From Alphaproteobacteria bacterium (GTDB lineage Bacteria > Pseudomonadota > Alphaproteobacteria > GCA-2731375), in contig CBDDPY010000002.1 of assembly GCA_965232515.1 (NCBI GenBank), positions 2,816,001 through 2,880,000 on the forward strand: a stretch of 64,000 nt of DNA, read 5' to 3'. Below the pieces are notes generated by a model. It saw only the letters and a list, made by a program, of their open reading frames with translations. It did no database searches and was not told where the DNA came from. A program made the position numbers and the translations under genes. Below, one piece after another: positions 31,860 to 41,329 of this stretch (positions are counted from its first letter, which is position 1; each line of letters opens with the position of its first letter).

Positions 31860-32996
31860 ATGTTTGAACGCACGTTGTATGACGAGGAACACGAGATCTT
31901 TCGCGAGACGGCGCGCCGGTTCGTCGAGAAGGAGATCGTGCCCTATCACGACCAGTGGGAGAAGGACGGCCAGATCTCGCGTGAGGCCTGGCGCGCCGCC
32001 GGCGAGGCCGGACTGCTTTGCGCCACCATGCCGGTGGAGTATGGCGGCGCCGGGGCCGACTTCCGCTACAGCGCCGTCACCATCGAGGAGCTGGCGAAGG
32101 TCGGCGCCACGGGGCCCGGCTTCTATCTGCATTCCGAGATCGTCGCGCCCTACATCCTGCACTACGGCTCGGAGGACCAGAAACGCGAGTTGCTGCCGAA
32201 GATGGCAACCGGCGAGACCATCGGCGCCATCGCGATGACCGAGCCCGTGGCCGGCAGCGACCTGCAGGGCATCAAGACCACGGCCGTGCGCGACGGCAAC
32301 CATTTCGTCATCAACGGCCAGAAGGTCTTCATCACCAACGGCCAGCTCGCCGATCTGGTGATTACGGTCACCAAGACCGACGCGACCGAGGGCGCCAAGG
32401 GCGTGAGTTTGATTCTGGTCGAGCGCGAGCGTGAGGGCTTTGAGCGCGGCCGCAATCTCGAGAAGATCGGCTACAAGGCGCAGGACACATCCGAGCTGTT
32501 CTTCGACAACGTGCGGGTGCCGATCACCAATCTGCTGGGCGAGGAAGGCAAGGGCTTCGTGCAGCTGATGGAGCAGTTGCCGCAGGAGCGCCTGCTGGTC
32601 GCGATCCGCTGCGCCACGGCGATCGAGGCGGCGCTGGACGAGACCAACAACTACACCAAGGACCGCCAGGCCTTCGGCCGGCCGATCGCCAAGTTCCAGA
32701 ACACGCGGTTCAAGCTGGCCGAGATCAAGACCGAGGCCACCGTCGTGCGGATTTTCGTGGACCGCTGCATCGAGATGCACCTGAAGGGCGAGCTCGATGC
32801 GACGGACGCCGCCATGGCCAAGCTCTATACGACGGAACTGCTGAACAAGGTCCTGGACGAGTGCCTGCAGCTGCACGGCGGCTATGGCTATATGTGGGAA
32901 TACCCGATCGCCCGCGCCTGGGCCGATGCCCGCATGTCCCGCATCGCCGGCGGCACGTCGGAGATCATGAAGGAGATCATCGGCCGCTCGCTGTAG
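31860..32996 (+). CDS. Acyl-CoA dehydrogenase (long-chain type)
   Basis: AIAMTEPVAGSDL, NGQKVFITNG, QLHGGYGYMWEY and GGTSEIMKEII. Confidence 0.96.
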   Translation: MFERTLYDEEHEIFRETARRFVEKEIVPYHDQWEKDGQISREAWRAAGEAGLLCATMPVEYGGAGADFRYSAVTIEELAKVGATGPGFYLHSEIVAPYILHYGSEDQKRELLPKMATGETIGAIAMTEPVAGSDLQGIKTTAVRDGNHFVINGQKVFITNGQLADLVITVTKTDATEGAKGVSLILVEREREGFERGRNLEKIGYKAQDTSELFFDNVRVPITNLLGEEGKGFVQLMEQLPQERLLVAIRCATAIEAALDETNNYTKDRQAFGRPIAKFQNTRFKLAEIKTEATVVRIFVDRCIEMHLKGELDATDAAMAKLYTTELLNKVLDECLQLHGGYGYMWEYPIARAWADARMSRIAGGTSEIMKEIIGRSL

Positions 32997-33080
32997 AGGC
33001 AAGGGGGTGGGGGCCGCGCCCGGGAAACAACGGAACAACCCCATGCAAAGGGGGATTCGGGGGTCAAAGGGGACGGATTG

Positions 33081-34670
33081 ATGGGGAATTCGACAAAACC
33101 GGCGGCGCGGTTTTCCCGCATGGCGGACATGATCCGCCACCACGCCAGCGAGCGCGGCGACAAGGTGGCGCTGATCTTCGAGGGCCGCGAGACCCGCTAC
33201 CGGCAGCTCGACGACACCGCGAGCCGCATCGCCAACGCGATCATCGCCGACGGCGTCCAGCCGCAGGGCCGGGTCGCGATCCTGGCCAAGAACACGGATG
33301 CCTTCTTCGAACTCTACTACGGCGCCTGCAAGGCCGGCGCCGTGCTGGTGCCGGTGAATTTCCGCCTGGCGCCGCCCGAGGTCGCCTTCGTGGTCAACGA
33401 TGCCCAGGCCGACCTGCTGTTCGTCGGGCCGGATTTCTACGAGCTGGTCGAGGGCATCCGCAACGACCTGACGACGGTGAAAAAGATTGTCGCTTTGCCG
33501 GACCTTGACGGCAACAGTCACGGCGTCTGGACGGGCTACGACGACTGGCACGGCGCGCACGATGCGGCCGATCCCCGGCGCGACGGCGCGCCGCACGAGA
33601 CCTGCATACAAGTCTATTCCAGCGGCACCACGGGCCACCCCAAGGGCGTCGAGATCACGCACGACAATTTCATGACGCTGTTCGCGGTCGCCATCGAGGA
33701 CTGGGGCAACTGGCGGGTCGACGATGTCTCGATGGTGGCGATGCCGCTGTTCCATGTCGCCGGCAACGAATGGGGTTTCGTCGGCTTCTACATGGGCGCG
33801 ACCAACGTGCTGATGGCCGACGTGGACCCGGCCGCGATCCTGCGGACGATTCCCGAATACGGCATCACCAAGACGCTGTTCGTGCCGGCGGTCATCCTGT
33901 TCCTGCTGCAAACGCCCGGCTGCCGGGAGACCGACTTCTCCAGTCTGGAATCCGTGCTCTACGGCGCCTCGCCGATCCCGCTGCCGGTGCTGCAGGAAGC
34001 GGTCGAGGTGATCGGCTGCGACTTCGCGCAGGTCTACGGCCTGACCGAAACCAGCGGCGCCGTCACCTATCTGCCGCCGGAAGACCATGACGGCGGCGAG
34101 CGCATGAAGTCCTGCGGCAAGCCCATGCGCTCGGCCGAGATCCGCGTGGTCGACGACAACGGCGACGACTGCCCGCCCGGCACGGTCGGCGAGATCATCG
34201 TCGCCGGCGGCCAGATCATGAAGGGCTATTGGAACCTGCCCGAGGAGAGCGCCAAGGCGATCCGCGGCGAGTGGTTCCATTCCGGCGACGCCGGCTATTT
34301 CGACGAAGACGGCTATCTCTATATCCACGACCGCCTGAAGGACATGATCGTCTCCGGCGGCGAGAACATCTATCCGGCCGAGGTCGAAAGCGCCATGGCC
34401 GCCCATCCCGACGTCGCCGACATCGGCGTGATCGGCATCCCCGACGACAAGTGGGGCGAAACGGTCCTCGCCATCATCGTCGCGAAGGACCCGTCCTCAC
34501 CGCCGAGCGAAGCCGCCCTCGACGCCTTCGCCCGCGAACGCCTCGCCGGCTACAAGGTCCCCCGCCGCTACGCCTTCACCGACGCCCTCCCCCGCAACCC
34601 CTCGGGCAAGATCCTCAAACGCGAGCTCCGCAAGCCCTACTGGGAGGGGCAAGAGCGGCAGGTGCATTGA
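33081..34670 (+). CDS. Long-chain fatty acid--CoA ligase
   Basis: YSSGTTGHPKG AMP-binding motif, YGLTE, FHSGD, SGGENIYPAEVE and PRNPSGK. Confidence 0.94.
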   Translation: MGNSTKPAARFSRMADMIRHHASERGDKVALIFEGRETRYRQLDDTASRIANAIIADGVQPQGRVAILAKNTDAFFELYYGACKAGAVLVPVNFRLAPPEVAFVVNDAQADLLFVGPDFYELVEGIRNDLTTVKKIVALPDLDGNSHGVWTGYDDWHGAHDAADPRRDGAPHETCIQVYSSGTTGHPKGVEITHDNFMTLFAVAIEDWGNWRVDDVSMVAMPLFHVAGNEWGFVGFYMGATNVLMADVDPAAILRTIPEYGITKTLFVPAVILFLLQTPGCRETDFSSLESVLYGASPIPLPVLQEAVEVIGCDFAQVYGLTETSGAVTYLPPEDHDGGERMKSCGKPMRSAEIRVVDDNGDDCPPGTVGEIIVAGGQIMKGYWNLPEESAKAIRGEWFHSGDAGYFDEDGYLYIHDRLKDMIVSGGENIYPAEVESAMAAHPDVADIGVIGIPDDKWGETVLAIIVAKDPSSPPSEAALDAFARERLAGYKVPRRYAFTDALPRNPSGKILKRELRKPYWEGQERQVH

Positions 34671-34930
34671 GCGGGATCGCGGCGCATTGTCGCTTGCGGC
34701 TATCCCCGACAGCTCCAGACCCTCTCACGTCAAACCGCACGTCGGATGCAGAACGCCGTGTGGCGGCGCGAAATCGTCTGCAGTTGGCGACGAAGACAAG
34801 CAACGGTCCATTCATGCCGACAGCGCACCGCGTTCAGAGACGAAGTCGAAGCAAATCTTTGTAAATAACGAGTGGGTTTGCCGGCCAATACTCGGAAAAA
34901 CTTCCATCAAAAACTAACGGCCGTCTGAAT

Positions 34931-34960
34931 TTGACAGCCTTGGTTCGGGCAAGGAATACT
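34931..34960 (+). promoter_or_regulatory. Candidate sigma70 promoter of the ABC/selenoprotein operon
   Basis: TTGACA (34931-36), an 18-nt spacer and AATACT (34955-60), followed by a GGAGG RBS before ATG 34987. Confidence 0.5.
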
Positions 34961-34986
34961 ATTGCGCCTGGGAGGGGTTACCGATC

Positions 34987-36543
34987 ATGAAAACTGAGTA
35001 TCAAAGACACCATGCATCTGCTTTGGTGAAAGCAGCGTTCGCGGTTTTCGCCGCTGTCGCTTCCATTTTGACGATCACGCCGTTCGCCTACGCCGCGGAC
35101 GACATGCTGCGGGTTCGGATCGGGTCGGATGTGGGCGTGCTGGACCCGGCGCGCATTTTTGGCATCGAGAACCAGACCGTCGCGGGGCACATCTATAACG
35201 GCCTCGTCAAATACGATCAGGCGACCAATAAGATCATGCCGGATCTGGCGAGCGAATGGTCCGTGTCGGACGACGGCACCGAATACACCTTCACGCTGCG
35301 CGACGGCGTCACCTGGCACAAGGGCTATGGCGAGCTCACCGCCGACGACGTCAAGTTCTCGCTGGAACGCGTCCTCGATCCGGAGACGAAGAGCCGCTAC
35401 GCGGGCCAGCTCGCCGGCGTGACCGCGGTCAAGGCCGTCGACAAGCTGACCGTCAAGGTGATGCTCGACAAGCCGAACGCGGGTCTGCTGAACAAGCTGA
35501 CCGCCTTCAACCAGGGCTGGATCGTCTCGCGCAAGGCCGTGACGGACATCGGCGACAAGAACTACCAGATGCAGCCGATCGGCACGGGACCCTTCGTGTT
35601 CGAGAAATGGACGCCCGGCAACCAGGTCACGGTCACCGCCAACCCGGACTATTTCGAGGGCGCCCCGAAGATCTCGGGCGTCACTTTCAAGCTGATCAAG
35701 GACGAGACGGCGGCGGCGATCGCGCTGGAGAACGGCGAGATCGACATCTTCTTCGCCCTGCAGCAGCCGGTGATCATCGACCGGCTGAAAAACGCCAAGG
35801 GCGTCACCGTGCACGACCGGCCGGCGAACCACACCATCAACCTGGTACTGAACACGTCGAAGAAGCCGCTGGATAACGTGAAGGTGCGCCAGGCCATCGC
35901 CTACGGCGTCAACCGCGAAGGCCTGATTCAGGGCTACTTCAAGGGCACCAAGGCCATGGGCCACAGCGTGCTGACCTCGTCGTTCCCGGAATACACCGAG
36001 GACGTACCGCAATACCCGCACGATCCGGAAAAGGCGAAGGCCTTGCTGGCGGAATCGGGCGTCGGCACGTTCGAGCTGGAGCTGGTGAGCGTGGGCCTCA
36101 GCCCGTACGACCAGCTGATCATTCCGGTCGCGAACGACCTCAACAAGATCGGCATCGAGACCAAGATCACGATCCTGGAACGCGGCGCGTACCTGCAGGC
36201 ACGCACCAAGGGCGACGTCATGACCGTCGTCACCGGCGTGGTCGGCCCGCCCGATCCGGATTCGCCGCTGGTGACGCTCTACGCCACCAAGTCGTTCCCG
36301 CCTGGCCTGAACACGGCGCGCTACGACAAGGCGGACGACCTGCTGGCCCAGGCCGCCGGCGAACTGGACGCCGACAAGCGCACCGGCATCTACCGGCAGC
36401 TCCTGAAGCAGACCATGACGGACGTGCCCGTGCTGCCGCTCTACGCCGACCGGCTGTTCATCGCCCATTCCGATGCGGTGACCGGCTTCGTGCAGAACTC
36501 GCTGTTCACGATGCACTCGTATTCGGTGTCGCTGAACCGCTAA
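34987..36543 (+). CDS. ABC transporter substrate-binding protein, family 5
   Basis: Signal peptide, PDLASEWSVSDDGTEYTFTLRDGVTWH and PIGTGPF. Confidence 0.95.
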   Translation: MKTEYQRHHASALVKAAFAVFAAVASILTITPFAYAADDMLRVRIGSDVGVLDPARIFGIENQTVAGHIYNGLVKYDQATNKIMPDLASEWSVSDDGTEYTFTLRDGVTWHKGYGELTADDVKFSLERVLDPETKSRYAGQLAGVTAVKAVDKLTVKVMLDKPNAGLLNKLTAFNQGWIVSRKAVTDIGDKNYQMQPIGTGPFVFEKWTPGNQVTVTANPDYFEGAPKISGVTFKLIKDETAAAIALENGEIDIFFALQQPVIIDRLKNAKGVTVHDRPANHTINLVLNTSKKPLDNVKVRQAIAYGVNREGLIQGYFKGTKAMGHSVLTSSFPEYTEDVPQYPHDPEKAKALLAESGVGTFELELVSVGLSPYDQLIIPVANDLNKIGIETKITILERGAYLQARTKGDVMTVVTGVVGPPDPDSPLVTLYATKSFPPGLNTARYDKADDLLAQAAGELDADKRTGIYRQLLKQTMTDVPVLPLYADRLFIAHSDAVTGFVQNSLFTMHSYSVSLNR

Positions 36544-36571
36544 CCCGCGTTCGGAAGCGGTTGGGGTCGCC

Positions 36572-37513
36572 GTGGTCAAATACCTGGCGCAACGTTTGTT
36601 GCTGATGGGCATCACGGTCACCGGCATGGTGACCGTGGTGTTCTTTCTGCTGCGGCTGATCCCCGGCGACCCGGCGGAATACATGCTGGGCGACTACGCG
36701 ACCGAGGAAAGCCTGGCCGCGCTTCGGGCCGAACTCGGTCTCGACCTGGCGATCCACGAGCAATACCTGCGCTTCATGGGCCGGGCCTTCAGCGGCGATC
36801 TCGGCACCTCGGTCGTGACCGGCCAACCGGCGCTGGACGAGGTGCTGGCGAGCCTGCCCTGGTCGGCTGCGCTGGCGCTGGCCGGCATCATCATCGCGGT
36901 GGTGATCGGCGTCCCGCTCGGGGTCATATCGGCGGTGCGGCAGGGCAGCTGGACCGATCTCGGCGTCATGCTGATCGCGCTCGCCGGTATTTCCTTTCCG
37001 GTGTTCTGGGTCGGCCTTGTCGGGATTTTGATCTTCGCGCACGAGCTGCCGCTGTTCCCGGCACTCGGCGCCAGCTCGTCCGACAACGTGCTGACGCAGC
37101 TGCACCATCTGGCGCTGCCGGCGCTGGTGCTCGGCACGTCGGTCGCGGCCTATATCGCGCGGCTGACGCGCTCGGCCATGTTGGAGGTGCTGGGACAGGA
37201 ATATGTCCGCGTCGCCCGGGCCATGGGCGTGCGCGAGACCCGCGTGGTCTACCGCCTGGCGCTGCGCAACGCGCTGATCCCGGTGCTGTCGGTCATCGGC
37301 GTGACCTTCGCCTGGTCGCTCGGCAGCGCAATCCTGGTCGAGGCCGTGTTCAGCCGGCCCGGCCTCGGCTCGATGATCCTGAAGGCGATCTTCGCGCGCG
37401 ACTATCAGCTCGTACAGGCCGGCGTGATGGTGCTGTCGCTCGCGGTCGTCCTGATCAACACCAGTCTCGACATTGTCTACGGCATCGTCGATCCGCGGGT
37501 GCGCACGGGATGA
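36572..37513 (+). CDS. ABC transporter permease (DppB-like)
   Basis: IPGDPA, GDLGTS, RLTRSAMLEVL and ALRNAL. Confidence 0.95.
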   Translation: MVKYLAQRLLLMGITVTGMVTVVFFLLRLIPGDPAEYMLGDYATEESLAALRAELGLDLAIHEQYLRFMGRAFSGDLGTSVVTGQPALDEVLASLPWSAALALAGIIIAVVIGVPLGVISAVRQGSWTDLGVMLIALAGISFPVFWVGLVGILIFAHELPLFPALGASSSDNVLTQLHHLALPALVLGTSVAAYIARLTRSAMLEVLGQEYVRVARAMGVRETRVVYRLALRNALIPVLSVIGVTFAWSLGSAILVEAVFSRPGLGSMILKAIFARDYQLVQAGVMVLSLAVVLINTSLDIVYGIVDPRVRTG

Positions 37514-38400
37514 CCGACGCTTCGACGACGGCGCCGGCGCGCACGGCCTTTGGCGGCATCCGGTCCCGCTATCTGCGTCATCCGGGATTCATGACCGGCC
37601 TGATCGTTATCGCGGCCATATCCATCGTCGCCATCGGCGCGCCCGTCTTCGCGCCCTACTCGCCGCTGGAAACCGACATGCTGAAGACGTTGGCGCCGCC
37701 GTCATGGGAGCATCCGCTGGGCACCGACCAGTTCGGCCGAGACGTGCTGTCGCGGCTGATCTGGGGGGCGCAGATCTCGCTTCAGGTCGCGGCCATGGTG
37801 GTGGTGATCTCGCTGACATTCGGGACGCTGATCGGCGCCGTCGCCGGGTATGCCGGCGGCTGGGTGGAGCGTGTCATCATGGTCGGCAACGACATCCTGC
37901 TGGCGTTTCCCGGCTTCCTGCTGGCGCTGGCGCTGGTGGCGGTGCGGGGGTCGTCGCTCGAATCCGTGATCCTGGCCGTCTCGATCGCCTATACGCCGCG
38001 GGTCGCGGCGGTGATGCGCTCGGTCGTGCTGACGATCAAGCCGCGCCCCTATATCGAGGCCAGCCAGGCCATCGGCATGACGGCGAGCCGCGTGCTGTTC
38101 GTACATGTCATCCCGAACGCCCTGCCGCCCGTCATCGTCGTCGCTACGGTCAGCGCCGCGACCGCGATCCTGGCGGAGGCCGGCCTCAGTTATCTCGGCC
38201 TCGGCGTGCAGCCGCCGGCCGCGACCTGGGGCAACGTGATCTCGGACGGGCAGAGCTACATCATCTCCAATCCCTGGATCTCGATCTCCGCCGGCGCCTG
38301 CATCGCCATCGTCGTGATCGCGCTGAACCTGCTGGGCGACGGCCTGCGCGACACGCTGGACCCGCAGATGCGCCGCTATGCCGGCTCGCGGATGTTGTAG
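37510..38400 (+). CDS. ABC transporter permease (DppC-like)
   Basis: HPLGTDQFGRDVLSR, HVIPNA and LLGDGLRDTLDP. ATGA overlap with the upstream gene. Confidence 0.95.
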   Translation: MTDASTTAPARTAFGGIRSRYLRHPGFMTGLIVIAAISIVAIGAPVFAPYSPLETDMLKTLAPPSWEHPLGTDQFGRDVLSRLIWGAQISLQVAAMVVVISLTFGTLIGAVAGYAGGWVERVIMVGNDILLAFPGFLLALALVAVRGSSLESVILAVSIAYTPRVAAVMRSVVLTIKPRPYIEASQAIGMTASRVLFVHVIPNALPPVIVVATVSAATAILAEAGLSYLGLGVQPPAATWGNVISDGQSYIISNPWISISAGACIAIVVIALNLLGDGLRDTLDPQMRRYAGSRML

Positions 38401-38404
38401 CGCC

Positions 38405-39424
38405 ATGCCGGACGGAACCCCGCAAGCGACATACGCGCTAGACGTGCGGAACTTGCGCACGGCCTTCCCGACCGACACCGGCACCATTGCCGTGGTCGAC
38501 GACGTCTCGCTGGCGATCCGGCCGCGCGAGACCCTGGCCGTCGTGGGCGAGTCCGGCTCCGGCAAGACCATGACTTTCCTGTCTGTGCTGGGCCTGACGC
38601 CGCCGCCCGGCAAGGTGGTCGGCGGCGAGGTCCTGTTCGGCGGCCGGGACCTGACCAAGCTGTCGACGGAAGAACTTCGCGACATCCGCGGCGCCGGCAT
38701 CGCCATGGTGTTCCAGGACCCGCTGACGGCGCTGAACCCGGTCTTCACCATCGGCGCGCAGATCGTCGAGGTGATCCGCGCGCACCGGCCGGTCGGCCTT
38801 CGGGAAGCGCGAGAGCAGGCCGTCGAGCTGCTGGCCCGCGTGCATATTCCCGACCCCGCCCGCCTTATCGACAACTATCCGCATCAACTGTCTGGCGGCA
38901 TGCGGCAGCGCACGCTGATCGCCATGGCGATCGCGCTCGAGCCGGCGCTGCTGATCGCGGACGAACCGACGACGGCGCTCGACGTGACGGTGCAGGCGCA
39001 GATCCTGGAACTGCTGGCCGAGCTGCGGGAGTCCTATGACATGGGCATGGTGCTGATCACGCACGACCTGGGCCTGGTGGCGAAATACGCCGACCGCATG
39101 GCGGTGATGTATGCCGGCCGCGTGGTCGAGTATTGCGAGATCCACGAGGGCTTCGCGGCGGCGCGGCACCCCTACACCCATTCGCTGCTGCGCAGCATTC
39201 CCCGGCTCGACGCGCCCGCCGGCGAGGATCTGGCGGCGATTGAAGGCCAGCCGCCGAACCTGGAGACGTTGCCGCCGGGCTGCGCCTTCCGGCCACGCTG
39301 CTTCCTCGGATCGGAACGCACGGATTGCGCGGCCGAACGGCCGGCGTTGATGCCGACCGACCGCGACGCGCATTTGAGCGCCTGCCTGCATTGGCGCGCG
39401 CTTTCGGCCGGCGGGAGTCAGTGA
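38405..39424 (+). CDS. ABC transporter ATP-binding protein (DppD-like)
   Basis: [25 protein letters not shown] and HPYT. Confidence 0.95.
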   Translation: MPDGTPQATYALDVRNLRTAFPTDTGTIAVVDDVSLAIRPRETLAVVGESGSGKTMTFLSVLGLTPPPGKVVGGEVLFGGRDLTKLSTEELRDIRGAGIAMVFQDPLTALNPVFTIGAQIVEVIRAHRPVGLREAREQAVELLARVHIPDPARLIDNYPHQLSGGMRQRTLIAMAIALEPALLIADEPTTALDVTVQAQILELLAELRESYDMGMVLITHDLGLVAKYADRMAVMYAGRVVEYCEIHEGFAAARHPYTHSLLRSIPRLDAPAGEDLAAIEGQPPNLETLPPGCAFRPRCFLGSERTDCAAERPALMPTDRDAHLSACLHWRALSAGGSQ

Positions 39425-40491
39425 CGGCCATGGCGGAACCAATGACCGGCGACGCGGACGTGCTGCTGCAGATGGCGCGCGTCAGCAAGACGTTCAGCAA
39501 GTCGGAAGGCCTGTTCAGCCGCCGACGCCACACGGTCAAGGCGGTCGACGACGTGACGTTCACGCTTTACCGGGGCGAGACCCTGGGCCTGGTCGGCGAG
39601 ACCGGCAGCGGCAAGAGCACGCTCGGGCGCCTGGCGCTGCGACTGCTCGCGCCCGACGGCGGCCGCATCGAATTCGACGGCACCGACACCACGGACCTGT
39701 CGCCGCGCCAAGTCCGCCCGCTCAGGCGCAGGGCGCAGATGGTGTTCCAGGACCCCTACGGCTCGCTCGATCCCCGCAAGAAGGTGTCGTCGATCCTGGC
39801 CGAGCCGCTGGTCGTGCATGGCCTCTGGGACAAGGACGGCCAGCAGCGGCTGCTGGACATCCTGGACAAGGTCGGCCTGCAACCGGCGCACCTCGATCGC
39901 TATCCGCACGAGTTCTCGGGCGGGCAGCGCCAGCGCATCGGCATCGCCCGCGCCATGGTGCTGAACCCGGATCTGTTGGTGCTGGACGAGCCGGTCTCGG
40001 CGCTTGATGTCTCGATCCAGGCGCAGATCATCAACCTGCTGCGCGCGCTGCAGCGGCAGGCAGGACTGACCTTCCTGTTCATCGCCCACGATCTGGCCGT
40101 TGTGCGGCATGTCAGCGATCGGGTCGCGGTGATGTATCTCGGCCGGATTGTCGAGATCGGTCCGCGCGACGATCTCTACCGCGCGCCGCGCCACCCTTAT
40201 ACCGTCTCGCTGTTGTCGGCCGTACCGGTGCCGGACCCGGATCTCGAGCGCCAGCGAACCCGCGTGCTGCTGCATGGCGAGATCGGCTCGGCCACGGACA
40301 TGCCCGGCGGCTGCCGCTTCCATCCGCGCTGCTACAAGGCCCGGCTGCTGGCCGACCGGCCCGATGTCGAGACGGTCGCCGCCAAGGACGGTACCCGGCT
40401 GCCGCGCGCCTGCGTCGAGCGGGCGCCCGAGCTTGCCGGCGACAACGGCCATCTGGCGGCATGCCATTTCCCGGAAGCCGCGAGCGATTAG
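39421..40491 (+). CDS. ABC transporter ATP-binding protein (DppF-like)
   Basis: GETGSGKST, FSGGQRQR, DEPVSALD and GCRFHPRC. GTGA overlap with the upstream gene. Confidence 0.95.
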   Translation: MTAMAEPMTGDADVLLQMARVSKTFSKSEGLFSRRRHTVKAVDDVTFTLYRGETLGLVGETGSGKSTLGRLALRLLAPDGGRIEFDGTDTTDLSPRQVRPLRRRAQMVFQDPYGSLDPRKKVSSILAEPLVVHGLWDKDGQQRLLDILDKVGLQPAHLDRYPHEFSGGQRQRIGIARAMVLNPDLLVLDEPVSALDVSIQAQIINLLRALQRQAGLTFLFIAHDLAVVRHVSDRVAVMYLGRIVEIGPRDDLYRAPRHPYTVSLLSAVPVPDPDLERQRTRVLLHGEIGSATDMPGGCRFHPRCYKARLLADRPDVETVAAKDGTRLPRACVERAPELAGDNGHLAACHFPEAASD

Positions 40492-40546
40492 GCACCCACA
40501 TCGGGCGCGCAGGTTGTATGATTTGGATAGTGGTCAGGAGAACGGA

Positions 40547-41308
40547 ATGAGCGACGCGATCAGGGTATTCTGGCAACCGCATTGAACCAGCTGTCTCCGG
40601 GTTAAGGATTACCTGTCGGTCCGTGGGATCGAATTCGAATCCGTAAACGTGCTGGAAGAGAGCGGTATGGCGGCGCTGCAGGCGCTCGGCGCGCGTAGCG
40701 TGCCCGTGGTGTCGAAGGGCGACAAGTTCGTCTTCGCGCAGGTCATCAAGGATGTGGTCGACTTCCTGGAGCTCGAGGACGACACCGCGCCCGAGCTGTC
40801 GCCGGACGCGCTGGCGGCACGCTATGACGGCATCCTGGAAACGGCGATCCGGTTGACGCGGCAGATGCCAGACGCGCGCCTCGAGGACGAGCTGCCGAAC
40901 CGGCCGCGATCCTGGCGGGTGCTGATGCACCATGTCTTCCAGATCCCGGTGGCGTTCCTCGACATGGAGGAAACGGGCGCGACGCTGACCTACGAAACCA
41001 TGGTGGCGCCGCCGCCGGACGACATGACCAGCAGCGCCGACATCGCCCGGTTCGGCGAGGCCGTGCGCGCCCGCTTCCAGGATTGGTGGGCGGACGCCAG
41101 GGGTGGCGACTTTTCGGGCGACGTGCCGACTTACTTCGGCGCCACGTCGCGGCACGAGATGCTGGAACGCACGGTCTGGCATTCGACCCAGCACGTGCGC
41201 CAGGTCGCCTCGCTGTTGCAGCAGGCGGGTGTCACGCCGGACCGGCCGCTGACGGCGGCCGATATCGAGAACTTGCCGCTGACCGAGGCGGTTTGGGACG
41301 AGACCTGA
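40547..41308 (+). CDS. Probable selenoprotein: glutaredoxin-like (UxxC) domain fused to a DinB/YfiT-like domain
   Basis: AGGAG RBS (40536-40) and ATG 40547 give MSDAIRVFWQPH-[TGA 40583-85]-TSCLRVKDYLSVRGIEFESVNV, in frame with ORF 40649..41308. Grx features include RSVPVV (cis-Pro). DinB His motifs are LMHH and WHSTQH. Confidence 0.82.
40597..40620 (+). promoter_or_regulatory. Putative bacterial SECIS hairpin
   Basis: After an 11-12 nt spacer following the UGA, cgggu(u)aa-GGA-uuaccug forms a stem with a bulged U and a G-first apical loop. ACC/GGT can close a lower stem. Confidence 0.6.
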
Positions 41309-41329
41309 TACGGACGAGGAAGGACGAAC

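Noticed and set aside
31794-34406. Long antisense ORFs (for example 870 aa here, 857 aa at 58661-61234, 689 aa at 17652-19721)
   Set aside because: These are shadow frames of well-supported genes, expected in high-GC DNA, and carry no motifs.
34671-34930. Riboswitch or sRNA in the long leader of the ABC operon
   Set aside because: No recognisable aptamer consensus, and the candidate promoter lies downstream of this stretch.
40649-41308. The ORF-track call of a 219-aa protein starting at GTG 40649
   Set aside because: It has no good RBS and starts mid-glutaredoxin fold. The upstream ATG 40547 with UGA read-through explains the sequence better.
40547-41308. Pseudogene or genetic code 4/25 interpretation of the UGA
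   Set aside because: TGA is used as a normal stop throughout the window. The single UGA falls exactly on the redox Cys position, has a SECIS-like hairpin and shows no other decay. A nonsense mutation is not fully excluded.
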